Made by a program: the position numbers and the translations under genes
Origin: the human T2T-CHM13v2.0 reference genome, Homo sapiens
Reading direction: 5' to 3' (one strand)
Assembly (NCBI RefSeq): GCF_009914755.1
Contig: NC_060928.1
DNA: 64,000 nt
In this document: positions 39,904 to 51,084 of the stretch, piece after piece
Layout of the letters: each line of letters opens with the position of its first letter
How positions within the stretch are numbered: position 1 is the first letter of the stretch
The notes under the pieces: generated by a model
Seen by the model: the letters and a program-made list of their open reading frames with translations, nothing else
Database searches by the model: none
What the model was told of the DNA's origin: nothing

Positions 39904-42900
39904 GGTTCTTTGATTATTTTTTCATAAGTTATTGGAGTACAGGTGGTATTTGGTTACGTGAGTAAGTTCTTTAGTGGTGATTTGTGAGATTTTGGTGTAC
40001 CCATGACCTTAGCAGTATACACTGCACCATATTTGTAGTCTTTTATACCTCTCTTCCCTTCACTCTTCTCCCAGGTCTCCAAAGTCCATTGTGTCATTCT
40101 TATGCTTTTTGTCCCCATAGCTTAGATCCCACATATCAGCGAGAACATATGATGTTGGTTTTCCATTCCTGAGTTACTTCACTTAGAATAATAATCTCCC
40201 ATCTCATCCAGGTTACTGCAAATGCTGTTGATTCATTCCTTTTCATGGCCGTAGTATTCCATCTTATATATATACTACAGTTTCTTTAACCACTCGTTGA
40301 TTGATGGGCATTTGGGTTGGTTCCACGATTTTGCTATTGTGAATTGTGCTGCTATAAACATGCATGTGCAGGTATCTTTTGTGAATAATGACTTCTTTTC
40401 CTCTGGGTAGATACCCAGTAGTGGGATTGCTGGATCAAATAATAGTTGTACTTTTAGTTCTTTAAGGAATCTCCACACTGTTTTCCATAGTGGCTGTACT
40501 AGTTTGCATTCCCACCAGCAGTGTAGAAGTGTTCTCTGTTCACCGCATCCTGCCAACATCTACTGTTTTTTGATTTTTTGATTATGGCCATTCTTGCAGG
40601 AGTAAGGTGGTATGGCATTGTGGTTTTAATTTGCATTTCCCTGATAATTAGTGTTGAGCATTTTTTCATATGTTTGCTGGCCATTTGTCTGTCTTCTTTT
40701 GTGAATTGTCTATTCATGTCCTTAGCTCACTTTTTAATGGGATTGTTTTTTTTTTTTACTGATTTGTTTGAGTTTGTTGTAGATTCTGGATATTAGTCTT
40801 TTGTCAGATGTATAGATTGTGAAGATTTGTTCCCACTCTGTGGGTTGTCTGTTTACTCTGCTGACTGTTCCTGCTGCCATGCAAAAGCTCTTTAGCTTAA
40901 TTAGGCCTCATCTATTTATCTTTGTTTTAAATAGATTTGCTTTTGGGTTCTTGATCATGAAATCCGTACCTAAGCCAATGTCTAGAAGGGTTTTCCCAAT
41001 GTTCTAGAATTTTTATAGTTTCAGGTCTTAGGGTTTAAGTCCTTAATCCACTCCATCTTGAGTTGATTTTTGTATAAGGTGATAGATGAGGATCCAGTTT
41101 CATTCCCCTACATGTGGCTGGCCAATTATCCCAGCACCATTTGTTGAAAAGGGTGTCCTTTCCCCATTTTATGTTTTTGTTTGCTTTGTTGAAGATAAGT
41201 ATTTGGGTTCATTTCTGGGTTCTCTATTCTGTTCCACTGGTTTGTGTGTCTATTTTTATACAGTATGATGCTGTTTTGATGACTATGGCCTTATGGTATA
41301 GTTTGAAATCAAGTAATGTGATGCCTCCAGATTTGTTCTTTTTGCTTAGTCTTGCTTTAGCTATGTGGGCACTTTTTGGTTTCATATGAATTTAGGAATT
41401 GTTTTTTCTAATTCTGTGATGAATGATGGTGGTATTTTGATGGGAATTGCATTGAATTTGTGGATTGCTTTTGGCAGTATGGTCATTTTCACAATATCGA
41501 TTCTACCCATCCATCAGCATGGGATGTGTTTCCATTTGTTCGTGTCATCTATGATTTCTTTCAGCAGTGTTTTGTAGTTTTCCTTGTAGAGGTCTTTCAG
41601 CTCCTTGGTTAAGTATATTCCTAAGTATTTTAATTTTTTATGAAGCTATTGTAAAAGAGATTGAGTTCTTGATTTGATTCTCTGCTTGATCGCTCTTGGT
41701 GTATAAAAGAGCTACTGATTTGTGCACATAAATCTTGTATCCAGAAACTTTGCTGAATTCTTTCTTCAGTTCTAGGAGCTTTCTGGAGGAGTCCCTTGGG
41801 TTTCCAAGGTAAAAGATCATACCTTTGGAAAACAGTGACAGTTTGACTTCCTCTTTACAGATTTGGATGCCCTTTATTTCTTTCTCTTGTCTGATTGCTC
41901 TGGCTAGGACTTCCAGTACTATGTTGAAGAGAAGTGGTGACAGTGGGCATCCTTGTGTTGTTCCAGCTCTCAGAGGGAATGCTTTCAACTTTTCCCCATT
42001 CAGTATTATGTTGGCTATGGGTTTGTCATACATGGTTTTTATTACATTAAGATATGTCCCATGTATGCCAATTTTGCTGAGAGTTTTAATCATAAAGGAT
42101 GCTGGCCTTTGTCAAATGCTTATTCTGCATCTATTGAGATGATCATGTGATTTTTGTTTTTAATTCTGTTTATGTGGTGTATCACATTTACTGACTTGCA
42201 CATGTTAAACCATCCCTGCATCCCTGGTATGAAACCCACTTGATCATGGTGGATTATCTTTTTGATATGTGGTTGGATTTGGTTAGCTAGTATTTTGTTA
42301 AGGATTTTAGCATCTATGTTCATCAAGGATATCAATCTGTAGTTTTCTTTTTTGGTTGTTTCTTTTCCTGGTTTTGGTATTAGAGTGACGATGGCTTCAT
42401 GGAATGAATTAGGGAGGGTTTCTTCTTTCTCTATCTTGTGGAATAGTGTCAAAAGGATTGGTACTAATTCTTCTTTGAAAGTCTGATAGAATTCTGCTAT
42501 GAATCTGTCTGGTGCTGGACTTTTTTTTGTTGGTAATTTTTTAAATTACCATTTCAATCTTGCTGCTTGTTATTTGACTGTTCAGGGTATCTAATTCTTC
42601 CTGATTTAAGCTAGGAGGATTGTATTTTCCCAGGAATTTATCCATCTCTTCAAGGTTGCCTAGTTTATGTGCATAAAGGTGCCTATAGTAGCCTTGAATG
42701 ATCTTTTGTATTTCAATGGTGCCAGTTGTAATATCGCCTATTTTATTTCTTAGTGAAGTTATTTGGATTTTTCTCTCTTCTTTTCTTGGTTAATCTTTCT
42801 GATGGTCTGTCAATTTTATTTATCTTTTTAAAGGACCAGCTTCTTGTTTCATTTATCTTTTGTGGGGTTTTTTGTTTCAATTTCATTTAGTTCTGCTCTG

Positions 42901-45900
42901 ATCTTGGTTATTTCATTTCTTCTGCTGGGTTTTGGTTTGGTTTGTACTTGTTTCTCTAGTTCCTTGAGGTGTGACCTTAGGATGTCAGTTTGTGCTCTTT
43001 CAGTCTTTTCGATGTTGGCATTTAGGGCTATGAACTTTCCTTTTAGCACTGCCTTTGCCGTATCCCAGAGGTTTTGATAGATTGTGTCATTATTGTCATT
43101 CAGTTAAAAAATTTTTTTAATTTTCATCTTGATTTTGTTTTTGACCCAATGCTCATTCAGTAGCACATTTTGTTATTTCCATGGTTTTGAAGTTTCGTTT
43201 TGGAGTTTGTTTCCAGTTTTATTCCACTGTGGTCTAAGAGAGTGCTTGATATAATTTCAATTTTCTTAAATTTATTGAGGCTCATTTTATGGCCTATCAT
43301 ATTGTCTGTCTTGGAGATAGTTCCATGCACTGTTGAATAGAATGTGTATTCTGTGGTTGTTTGATGAAATGTTCTGTATATATCTGTTAAGTCCATTTGT
43401 TCCAAAGTATAGTTTAAATCCATTGTTTCTTGATTGACTTTCTGTCTTGATGACCTGTCTAGTGCTGTCAGTGGAGTATTGAAATCCCCCACTATTATTG
43501 TGTTGCTGTCTCTCATTTCGTAGGTCTATTAGTAATTGTTTTGTAAATTTGGGAGCTTCAGTGTTAGATGCATATATGTTTAGGATTGTAATATTTTCCT
43601 GTTGGACAAGGCCTTTTACCATTATATAATGTCCTTTTTTGTCTCTCTTAACTGCTATTGCTTTAAAGTTTGTTTTGTCTGATATAAAAATAGCTACTCC
43701 TGCTCACTTTTGGTGTCCATTTACATGAAATGCCTTTTTCCACCCCTTTATTTTAAGTTTATGTGAGTCCTTATGTGTTAGATGAATTATATAATGTCCT
43801 TTTTTGTCTCTCTTAACTGCTATTGCTTTAAAGTTTGTTTTGTCTGATATAAAAATAGCTACTCCTGCTCACTTTTGGTGTCCATTTACATGAAATGCCT
43901 TTTTCCACCCCTTTATTTTAAGTTTATGTGAGTCCTTATATGTTAGATGAATCTCTTGAAGGCAGCAGATAGTTGGTTGGTGGGTTATCTATTCTGCAGT
44001 TCTGTATCTTTTAAGTGAAGCATTCAGGCCATTTACATTCAATGTTAGTATTGAAATGTGAGATATCATTGTGTTCATCATGTTCTTTGTTGCCTTTATA
44101 CTTTGTTTTTTTGTTGTTGTTTGTTTTTTGCTTTTTAACTTGTATTTTTGTTTTATAGGTCCTGTGTGACTTATGCCTTAAAGAAGTTCTGTTCTGTTGT
44201 GTTTCCAGGGTTTGTTTCAAGACTCAGAGCTCCTTTTAGCAGTTCTTGTATTTGTGGCTTTATAATGGTGAATTCTCTCCGCATTTGTTTGTCTGCAAAA
44301 GACTGTATTTTCCCCTCATATATGATGCTCAGTTTTGCTGGATACAAAATTCTTGGCTGATTATTGTTTTGTTTGAGGAGGCTGAAGATAGGGCCCCAAT
44401 CCCTTCTAGCTTGTAGGGTTTCTGCTGAGAACACTGCTGTTAATCTGATAGGTTTTCCTTTATAGGTTACCTGGTGCTTCTGTCTCACAGCTCTTAAGAT
44501 TCTTTCCCTCATTTTCACTTCGGATAACCTGATGGCAATGCGTCTAGGTGAAGATCTTTTTGTGATGAATTTCTGGGTATTCTTTGTGCTTCTCCATGCT
44601 GTCAGAGGAAATGTCTAGTGCTGAAGGCTGTTGTTTAGATTATTTTGTCCTACGTGTTGTTCCCTTGATGCAGTACTCTCCCCCTTTTCCTACAGATATG
44701 GCTTCCTGTGAGCTGAACTACAGTGATTGTTGTCTCTCTTCTGGATCTAGCCACCCAGTAAGTCTACCTGGCTCCAGGCTAGTGCTGGGGGTTGTCTTCA
44801 CAGAGTCCTGTGATGTGAATCATCTATAGGTCCCTCAGCCTTGGATACCAGCACCTATTCCAGTGGAGGTGACAGCAGGTCAGGGGTTGTGCAATGGACT
44901 CCATGAGGGTTCTTAGCTTTGGTGGTTTAATGCTTTATTTTTGTGCTGGTTGGCCTCCTTCCAGGAGGTGGCACTTTCCAGAGAGCATAGCTGTGGTAGT
45001 ATGGGGAGGAATGGGTGGTGGGCGGAACCCTAGAACTCCCAAGATTATATGTCCTTTGTTTTCCGCTACCAGCGGGGGCAGGGAAAGGCCATTAGGTGGG
45101 GAAGGGGCTAGGCATCTCTGAGCTCAGACTCTCCTTGGGTGGGCCTTGCTACAGCTGTTGTGGGGGATGGGGATGAGATTCCCAGGTCACTAGAGTTGTG
45201 TACCTAGGAGGATTATGGCTGCCTCTGCTGAGTCATGAATGTTGTCAGGGAAGTGGGAGCAAGCTGGCAGTCACAGGCCTCACCCAGCTTTCATGCAAAC
45301 TGAAGGGCCAGGCTCACTCCCATCATGTTCCCCCCAACAGCCCCAAGTTCATTTCCAGGGGATGGGCAAGATGGGCTTGAAAATCTGCCTCAGGCTATCC
45401 ACCCACCTCCCAGGTGCAAAAGAAAAGGGCATGGTTCTTCCCCCACCTGGGGAGTCTGCACACCACATTTGTGCCCTCCCCCAAGTTCTGGCTGGGAGGT
45501 TTCTCACCCCGTTCAAATTGTTAACAAAGTTCAGCTAGAGTTTTCCTTCTCCCTATGGAGTTTTATCCCCTGCTCCTCTGCTACCCTCTGGATGGATCCT
45601 GGTGGTACCAGGCAGGAATGGCCCGCTTGGGGACCCAGCGAGCTCCCAGGGCCTTTCTGCTTCTTCCTCTACCCCTTATTTGACTTGGCTCTCCAAACAG
45701 ACTCAGCTCCAGGTACAGTCAAAAATTTCTCCCACAAACACACCTTCAGTTTCTTCAGTGATGGTGTGTGTTCAGAAGAGGAGGGTCTCCCTTTCCTACT
45801 TCTGCAGCTGGGGCCCTCACAATATTTGGGATGTCTCCCAGGTCCTGCAGGAGCAGTCTGCTTCCTTCAGAGGGTCTGTGTGAACTCTTGGGATTGCTGG

Positions 45901-46011
45901 TTTGTTCTTGCAGTCAATTTGGAGCTAAAATTCACAATGCGAGCCTCTGCACACTGCTCTGTCCAGAGCTGCAATCTAGTCCTGCCTCCAGTCCGTCATG
46001 ATGATCCAATC
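39904..46011 (-). mobile_element. Near-full-length L1PB (L1PB1-like) with 5'UTR; inactive, ORF1 N-terminal part deleted near 44594
   Basis: ORF2 fragments ([58 protein letters not shown]); ORF1 C-terminus (PRILYPAKLS); 12-bp TSD ctgtattttttt at 39892 and 46012. Confidence 0.95.
43621..43950. repeat. 165-bp tandem duplication (one mismatch)
   Basis: Copies 43621-43785 and 43786-43950. Confidence 0.95.
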
Positions 46012-47498
46012 CTGTATTTTTTTCTCAATATTATTTTTATATTCATTATTTCTTTCTTCTGCTTCTTTCAGTTTAACTTTTTTACTAGTTTAAGTTGGAA
46101 GTTTATGTCATTTATTTTAGATCCTTTTACATTTTATAATTTAATCCTGTAGTGCTATAATTTCACTCTAAACATTGCTTTAGCTGAAAACAATAAATTT
46201 TAATGTTCTATTTCATTTTCATTCTACTCAAAATATGTTATAATTTCCTTTGTGATTTCTGATGTGACAAATGGTATAGTTATAAGTATATGGGCTTTTC
46301 CGGGTATCTTTCTATCATTGATTCCAACTTGAATTTTATTATTGCCCAGTAATCTGTGTGATTTCTACTTTTAAAATTTGTTTAAAGTTGGTTTTACAGC
46401 ATAGAATATAGTTCAACTTGGGGAATGCTCCATGTGCTATTGAGAATATTATGCATTCTCTCACTGTAGGGAGAATTTCCTATAAGTGTCATTTAGATTA
46501 CTTTGGGTGATAGTGTCATGCAGTTCTTCTAGGTTCTTATTAATTTTCTGACTTCTTGTTTAATCAGTTACTAAGAAAGGAGTTTTGAAGTCTAATACTA
46601 TAATTTTAGATTTGTCTACTTCTGTATTGAGTTCCACTGTTTTTCATCCCATGCATTTTGAGGTGCTGTTGTTAAGTTCACACATATTTAGGACAGTTAC
46701 ACTTTTTTGAGAATTAATTCCTTTATAATTTTATAACTTATACCCTTCATATAAGGTAATTTATTATTTCTTTTTTTCTTTTTTCAGCTTTCTTTTGATG
46801 ATGTTATAATTGTATGTTTTTTTAATACTTTTAATTTTTATCTACTTATGTCATTTTATTTGAAGTGCTTTCTTGATAGATACAGTATAGTTGAATTTTA
46901 CTGTTTCATCAAGCCTAATAGTATCCATGTTTTAATTGGTATGTTTAGACTGCTTATAATTAATTTTATTATTAATGTGGTTGGAATAAAACTTAGTATC
47001 ATGCTATTTCTTATTTGTTCTGTCTCTTCTTTGTTTCTTTTATCAATTTTTCTGACTTTTTAAAGATTATTTACATGTATTTTGAGATTCTATTTCATCT
47101 TCACTAATTATTATTTATGGTTTTAAAAAGAATTTTTAGTGATTGCCCTCAGGGTTACAATATTAGGTTGGTGCAAATATAATCGTGGTTTTTGCCATTA
47201 CTTTCAATGGCAAAACCGTGATTACATTTACGCCAACCTAATATATATCCTTAATCAGAGTATACATTAAAATCATGTTATATAGGTTCATATGTAGTCC
47301 CAATTCTGTCCTTGCATTTTTTTTCTGCTGTTAGCATATATTTTGGTATTATGTGTGCTAACTCAAAATGTCTTGTTAACTATTTCCATTTTAGGAAGTC
47401 AGTTTTTCTTTAAAGCAATTAAAAATAAAAGAATTTTATAATTATCTTTATTCTACTTTTAGCACTTTTTTATTTCCGTGTGTAGATACAAGTTTTTG
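46012..47498 (-). mobile_element. Ancient L1M continuation
   Basis: gtgctataatttcactctaaacattgctttagctg; ttgaagtctaatactataatt. Confidence 0.7.
47163..47241. mobile_element. MADE1 (Hsmar1 mariner MITE)
   Basis: ttaggttggtgcaaa...tttgccattactttcaatggcaaaacc...ccaacctaa; TA TSDs; near-palindromic. Confidence 0.95.
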
Positions 47499-48571
47499 AA
47501 TTTTAAAATTTTTTGTGGGTACATAATAGGTATATATATTCATAGGATACATGAGATATTTTGATATAGGCATACAATGCATAATAATATCAGGGTAAAT
47601 GGGGTATCAATCACCTCAAGCATTTATCCTTTTTTTGTGTTACAAACATTCCAATTATACTTTTAGTTATTATAAAATGTACAATAAATTACTATTGACT
47701 GTAGTCACCCTCTTATGCTACCAATACTGCATCTGCTTCTTTCTATTTAACAATATTTTTGTACCCATTAACCATCCCTACTTTTCCACGGCCACTACCC
47801 TTCCCAGCCTCTGGTAACCATCCTTCTACTGTCTACCTCCATGAATTCAATTGTTTTTATTTTTAGCTTCCAAAAATGAGTAAGAATATGTGAAGTTTGT
47901 CTTTCTGTGCTTTATTTCACTTAATGACCTCCAGTTCCATTCATGTTGCAAATGACATTATCTTATTCTCTTTTACGCCTGAATAGTGAATGGATGAACG
48001 GATAAAGAATGTTTCTTTAAAGAAATATCTGTTGGTGGACACTTAGGTTGCTCCATATCTTGGCTATTGTGAATAGTGCTGCAATGAACATGGGAGTGCA
48101 GGTATCTCTGATATATTAATTTCCTTTCTTTGGAGTATATTTGTAGCAGTGGGATTGCTGGATCACGTGGTAGTTCTATTTTTAGTTTTTTCGAGGTTTT
48201 GCTGGATCACATGGTAGTTCTATTTTTAGTTTTTTTGAGAAACCTCCATACTGTTCTCTGTAGTGGCTATACTAATTTACATAACTAAGAACAATGCACC
48301 TGGAGTTCCCTTTACTCCACATCCTTGCCAGCATTCATTATTGCCTTTCTTTTGGACAAATGCCATTTTAACTGGGGTGAGATAATATCCTATTGTAGTT
48401 TTGATTGCATTTATTTGATGATCAGTGATGTTGAGCATCTTTTCATATGTCTGTTTGCCATTAGTATTTCTCCTATTTTGAGAAATGTCTATTCAGGTCT
48501 TTTGCCCATTTTTAAATTGGATCATTAAAATATTTTCCCCATAGAGTTGTTTGATTTCCTTACATAGTCTG

Positions 48572-48925
48572 CGTATCAGTCTGTTTTCATGCAGCTGATA
48601 AAGACTTACCCAAGACTAGGAATAAAAATATTTAATTGGACTTACAGTTCCACATGGCTGAGGGGGCCTCAGAATCATGGCAGGAGGCAAAAGGCACTTC
48701 TTTACTTGGAGGCAGAAACAGAAAAATGAGGAAGAAGCAAAAGCAGAAATCCCTGATAAACCCATTAGATCTTGTGAGACTTATTCACTATCATGAGAAT
48801 AGCACAGGAAAGACTGGCCCCATGATTCAATTACCTCCCTCTGGGCCCCTCCCACAACACATGGGAATTCTGGGAGATACAATTCAAGTTGATGTTTGGG
48901 TGGGGACACAACCAAACCATTATCA
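48572..48925 (-). mobile_element. THE1A solo LTR
   Basis: aatgaggaagaagcaaaagc...ccctgataaaccca...ctgggagatacaattcaagttga; perfect TSD GTCTG. Confidence 0.93.
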
Positions 48926-49452
48926 GTCTGGTTATTAGTAACTTGTCAGATGGATAGTTTGCAAATATATTCTCCAATTTCGTGGGCTGTCTCTTCACTT
49001 TGTTGATTGTTTTCTTCACTTTGTGAAGCTTTTTAACTTGATATGATTCAATTTTGTCCATTTTTGCTTTTGTTTCCTCTGCTTGTTCAGTATTACTCAA
49101 AAAATTCCCCCAGATCAATGTCATGGAGAGTTTCTGCAATGTTAGTGGTTTCACAGTTTGAGGTCTTACCTTTAAGCCTTTAATCCATTTTGATTTGGTT
49201 TTTGTATATGGCAAGAGGTAGGGGTCTAGTTTCATTTTTCTGCATGTAAATATCCCATTTTCCCAGCACCATTTATTGAAAATACTTTCCTTTGACCAAA
49301 TGTATGTTCTTGGCATCTTTGTCAAAAATAGCGACTCCTGCTTCTTTTGGTTTCTGTTTGCATGGAATATCTTTTTCTATCCTTTTATTTTTCAGTCTAT
49401 GTGTGTCTTTATAGGTGAAGTATGTTTCTGGTAGGTAATATATCATTGGGTC

Positions 49453-50325
49453 TTTTTTTTCCTTCAACTTTTAAGTTCCAGGGTATATGCACAGGATGTG
49501 CAGATTGGTTACATATGTAAACATGTGCCATGGTGGTTTGCTGCACAGATCGACCTATCACCTAGGTATTAAGCCCAGCTTCCATTAGCTATTTTTCGTG
49601 ATGCTTTCCCTCCCCTAACCCCCAGCCCGAACAGGCCCCATTGTGTGTTGTTTCCCTCCCTGTGTCCATGTGTTCTCATCACTCAGCTTCCACTTTTAAG
49701 TGAGAGCATCTGGTGTTTGGTTTTCTGTCCCTGCATTAGTTTGCTGAAGATAATGGCTTCCAGCTTCATCCATGTCCCTGCAATAGACATGATCTCATTC
49801 CTTTCTATGGCTGCCTAGTATTCTTTGTGTATATGTACCACATTTTCTTTATCCAGTCTATCATTAATGGACATTTGGATTGATTCCATGTCTTTATTAT
49901 TGTGAATGGTGCTGCAATGAACATATGTGTGCATGTATCTTTATAATAGAATGATTTATATTCCTTTCCTTATATACCCAGTAATGGGATTGCTGAGTCA
50001 AATGGTATTTCTGGTTCTAGGTCTTTGAGGAATTGCTGCAGTCTTTCACAATGGTTTAACTAATTTGCATTCTCACCAACAGTGTAAAGGCATTCCTATT
50101 TCTCCACAGCCTCGCCAGCATCTGCTGTTTCTTGACTTTTTAGTAGTTGCCATTCTGACTGGCATGAGATAGTATCTCATTGTGGTTTTGATTTGCATTT
50201 CTCTAATGATCAGAGATGTTGAGGTTTTCTTCATATGTAACATTCATGCTGCATGTTACATATGCTTTCTTTCATATGTAACATTCATGTTGGCTGCATG
50301 GATGTCATCTTTTGAGAAGTGTCTG
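49453..50325 (-). mobile_element. L1PA (about PA8-PA11) 5'-truncated 3' end nested in L1MA
   Basis: catgtgccatggtggtttgctgcac...cacctaggtattaagccc. Confidence 0.9.
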
Positions 50326-50560
50326 TTGGATGTTATTTTTTTAAATCAATTCAGTCACTCTATGTCTTTTTTGGAGAATTTAATGCATTTACATTTAGTG
50401 TGATTGTTAATAAATAAGGACTTACTCCTGCTATTTTGTTGTTTGTTTTCTGGTTGTTTTGTAATCTCCTCTCTCCCTCCACCCCCTTCCCATCCCTCCC
50501 TTCCTCCCTGCCTTTCTTCCTTCTTTCTTTTCCTTGAAGGTGATTTTTCTCTGCTGGTAT

Positions 50561-51084
50561 TGAAGCAGAAGTTAAAAAGGGAAAAAACAAATTTTCTTCT
50601 TTTCCTTTGGTATGAGAAGCTTCCCTCTTGAATCCCTCCCTGCTCCATGCCATTGTACCCTGCTCTGCAAGTTTTTATGAGTTTATAGATTACTGTTTTC
50701 TGTAACAAGAGTCTGTAAGTCTCTGTAGCATTGCAGAGGTCATGAGACATGCTTGAGCAAGCTTAGATTGCAGCCATCTGGGCACCATAGAGAAGGACAC
50801 GAGATAAGATTGTGTAGGCATCTTGAGCAAGCCTAGATAACAGCCACGTGGCTTGCATAGCAAGAGTCACATGAAAGCCTGAGTTATGAGCCTGTTACTG
50901 TTTGATAAACTGTATTTGTTCTACCTACTTTTGCACCACTGCATTTTGCACTACAGATAAAAATCAAGCCCTGTCTTTGTCCAGGGCTCAGCCTTTTGGA
51001 TGTGAATCCGCTGAGCTGGTGTACCTAAATAAAATCCTCCTATTCTGCCCTATTGCTCTCTCTGGTCTCCTGATTCCCACAACA
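50561..51084 (+). mobile_element. LTR10-family (HERV-I) solo LTR
   Basis: TG...cccacaaca termini; GTAT on both flanks; gggctcagccttttggatgtgaatccgctg...aaataaaatcctcct; p53 repeats. Confidence 0.78.
50745..50764. promoter_or_regulatory. Perfect p53 response element (zero spacer)
   Basis: AGACATGCTT-GAGCAAGCTT, 20/20 match to RRRCWWGYYY x2. Confidence 0.8.

Noticed and set aside
40275-44518. RT/endonuclease/ORF1-like ORFs as a functional gene or novel RT system
   Set aside because: Frameshifted, stop-riddled fragments of an old L1PB
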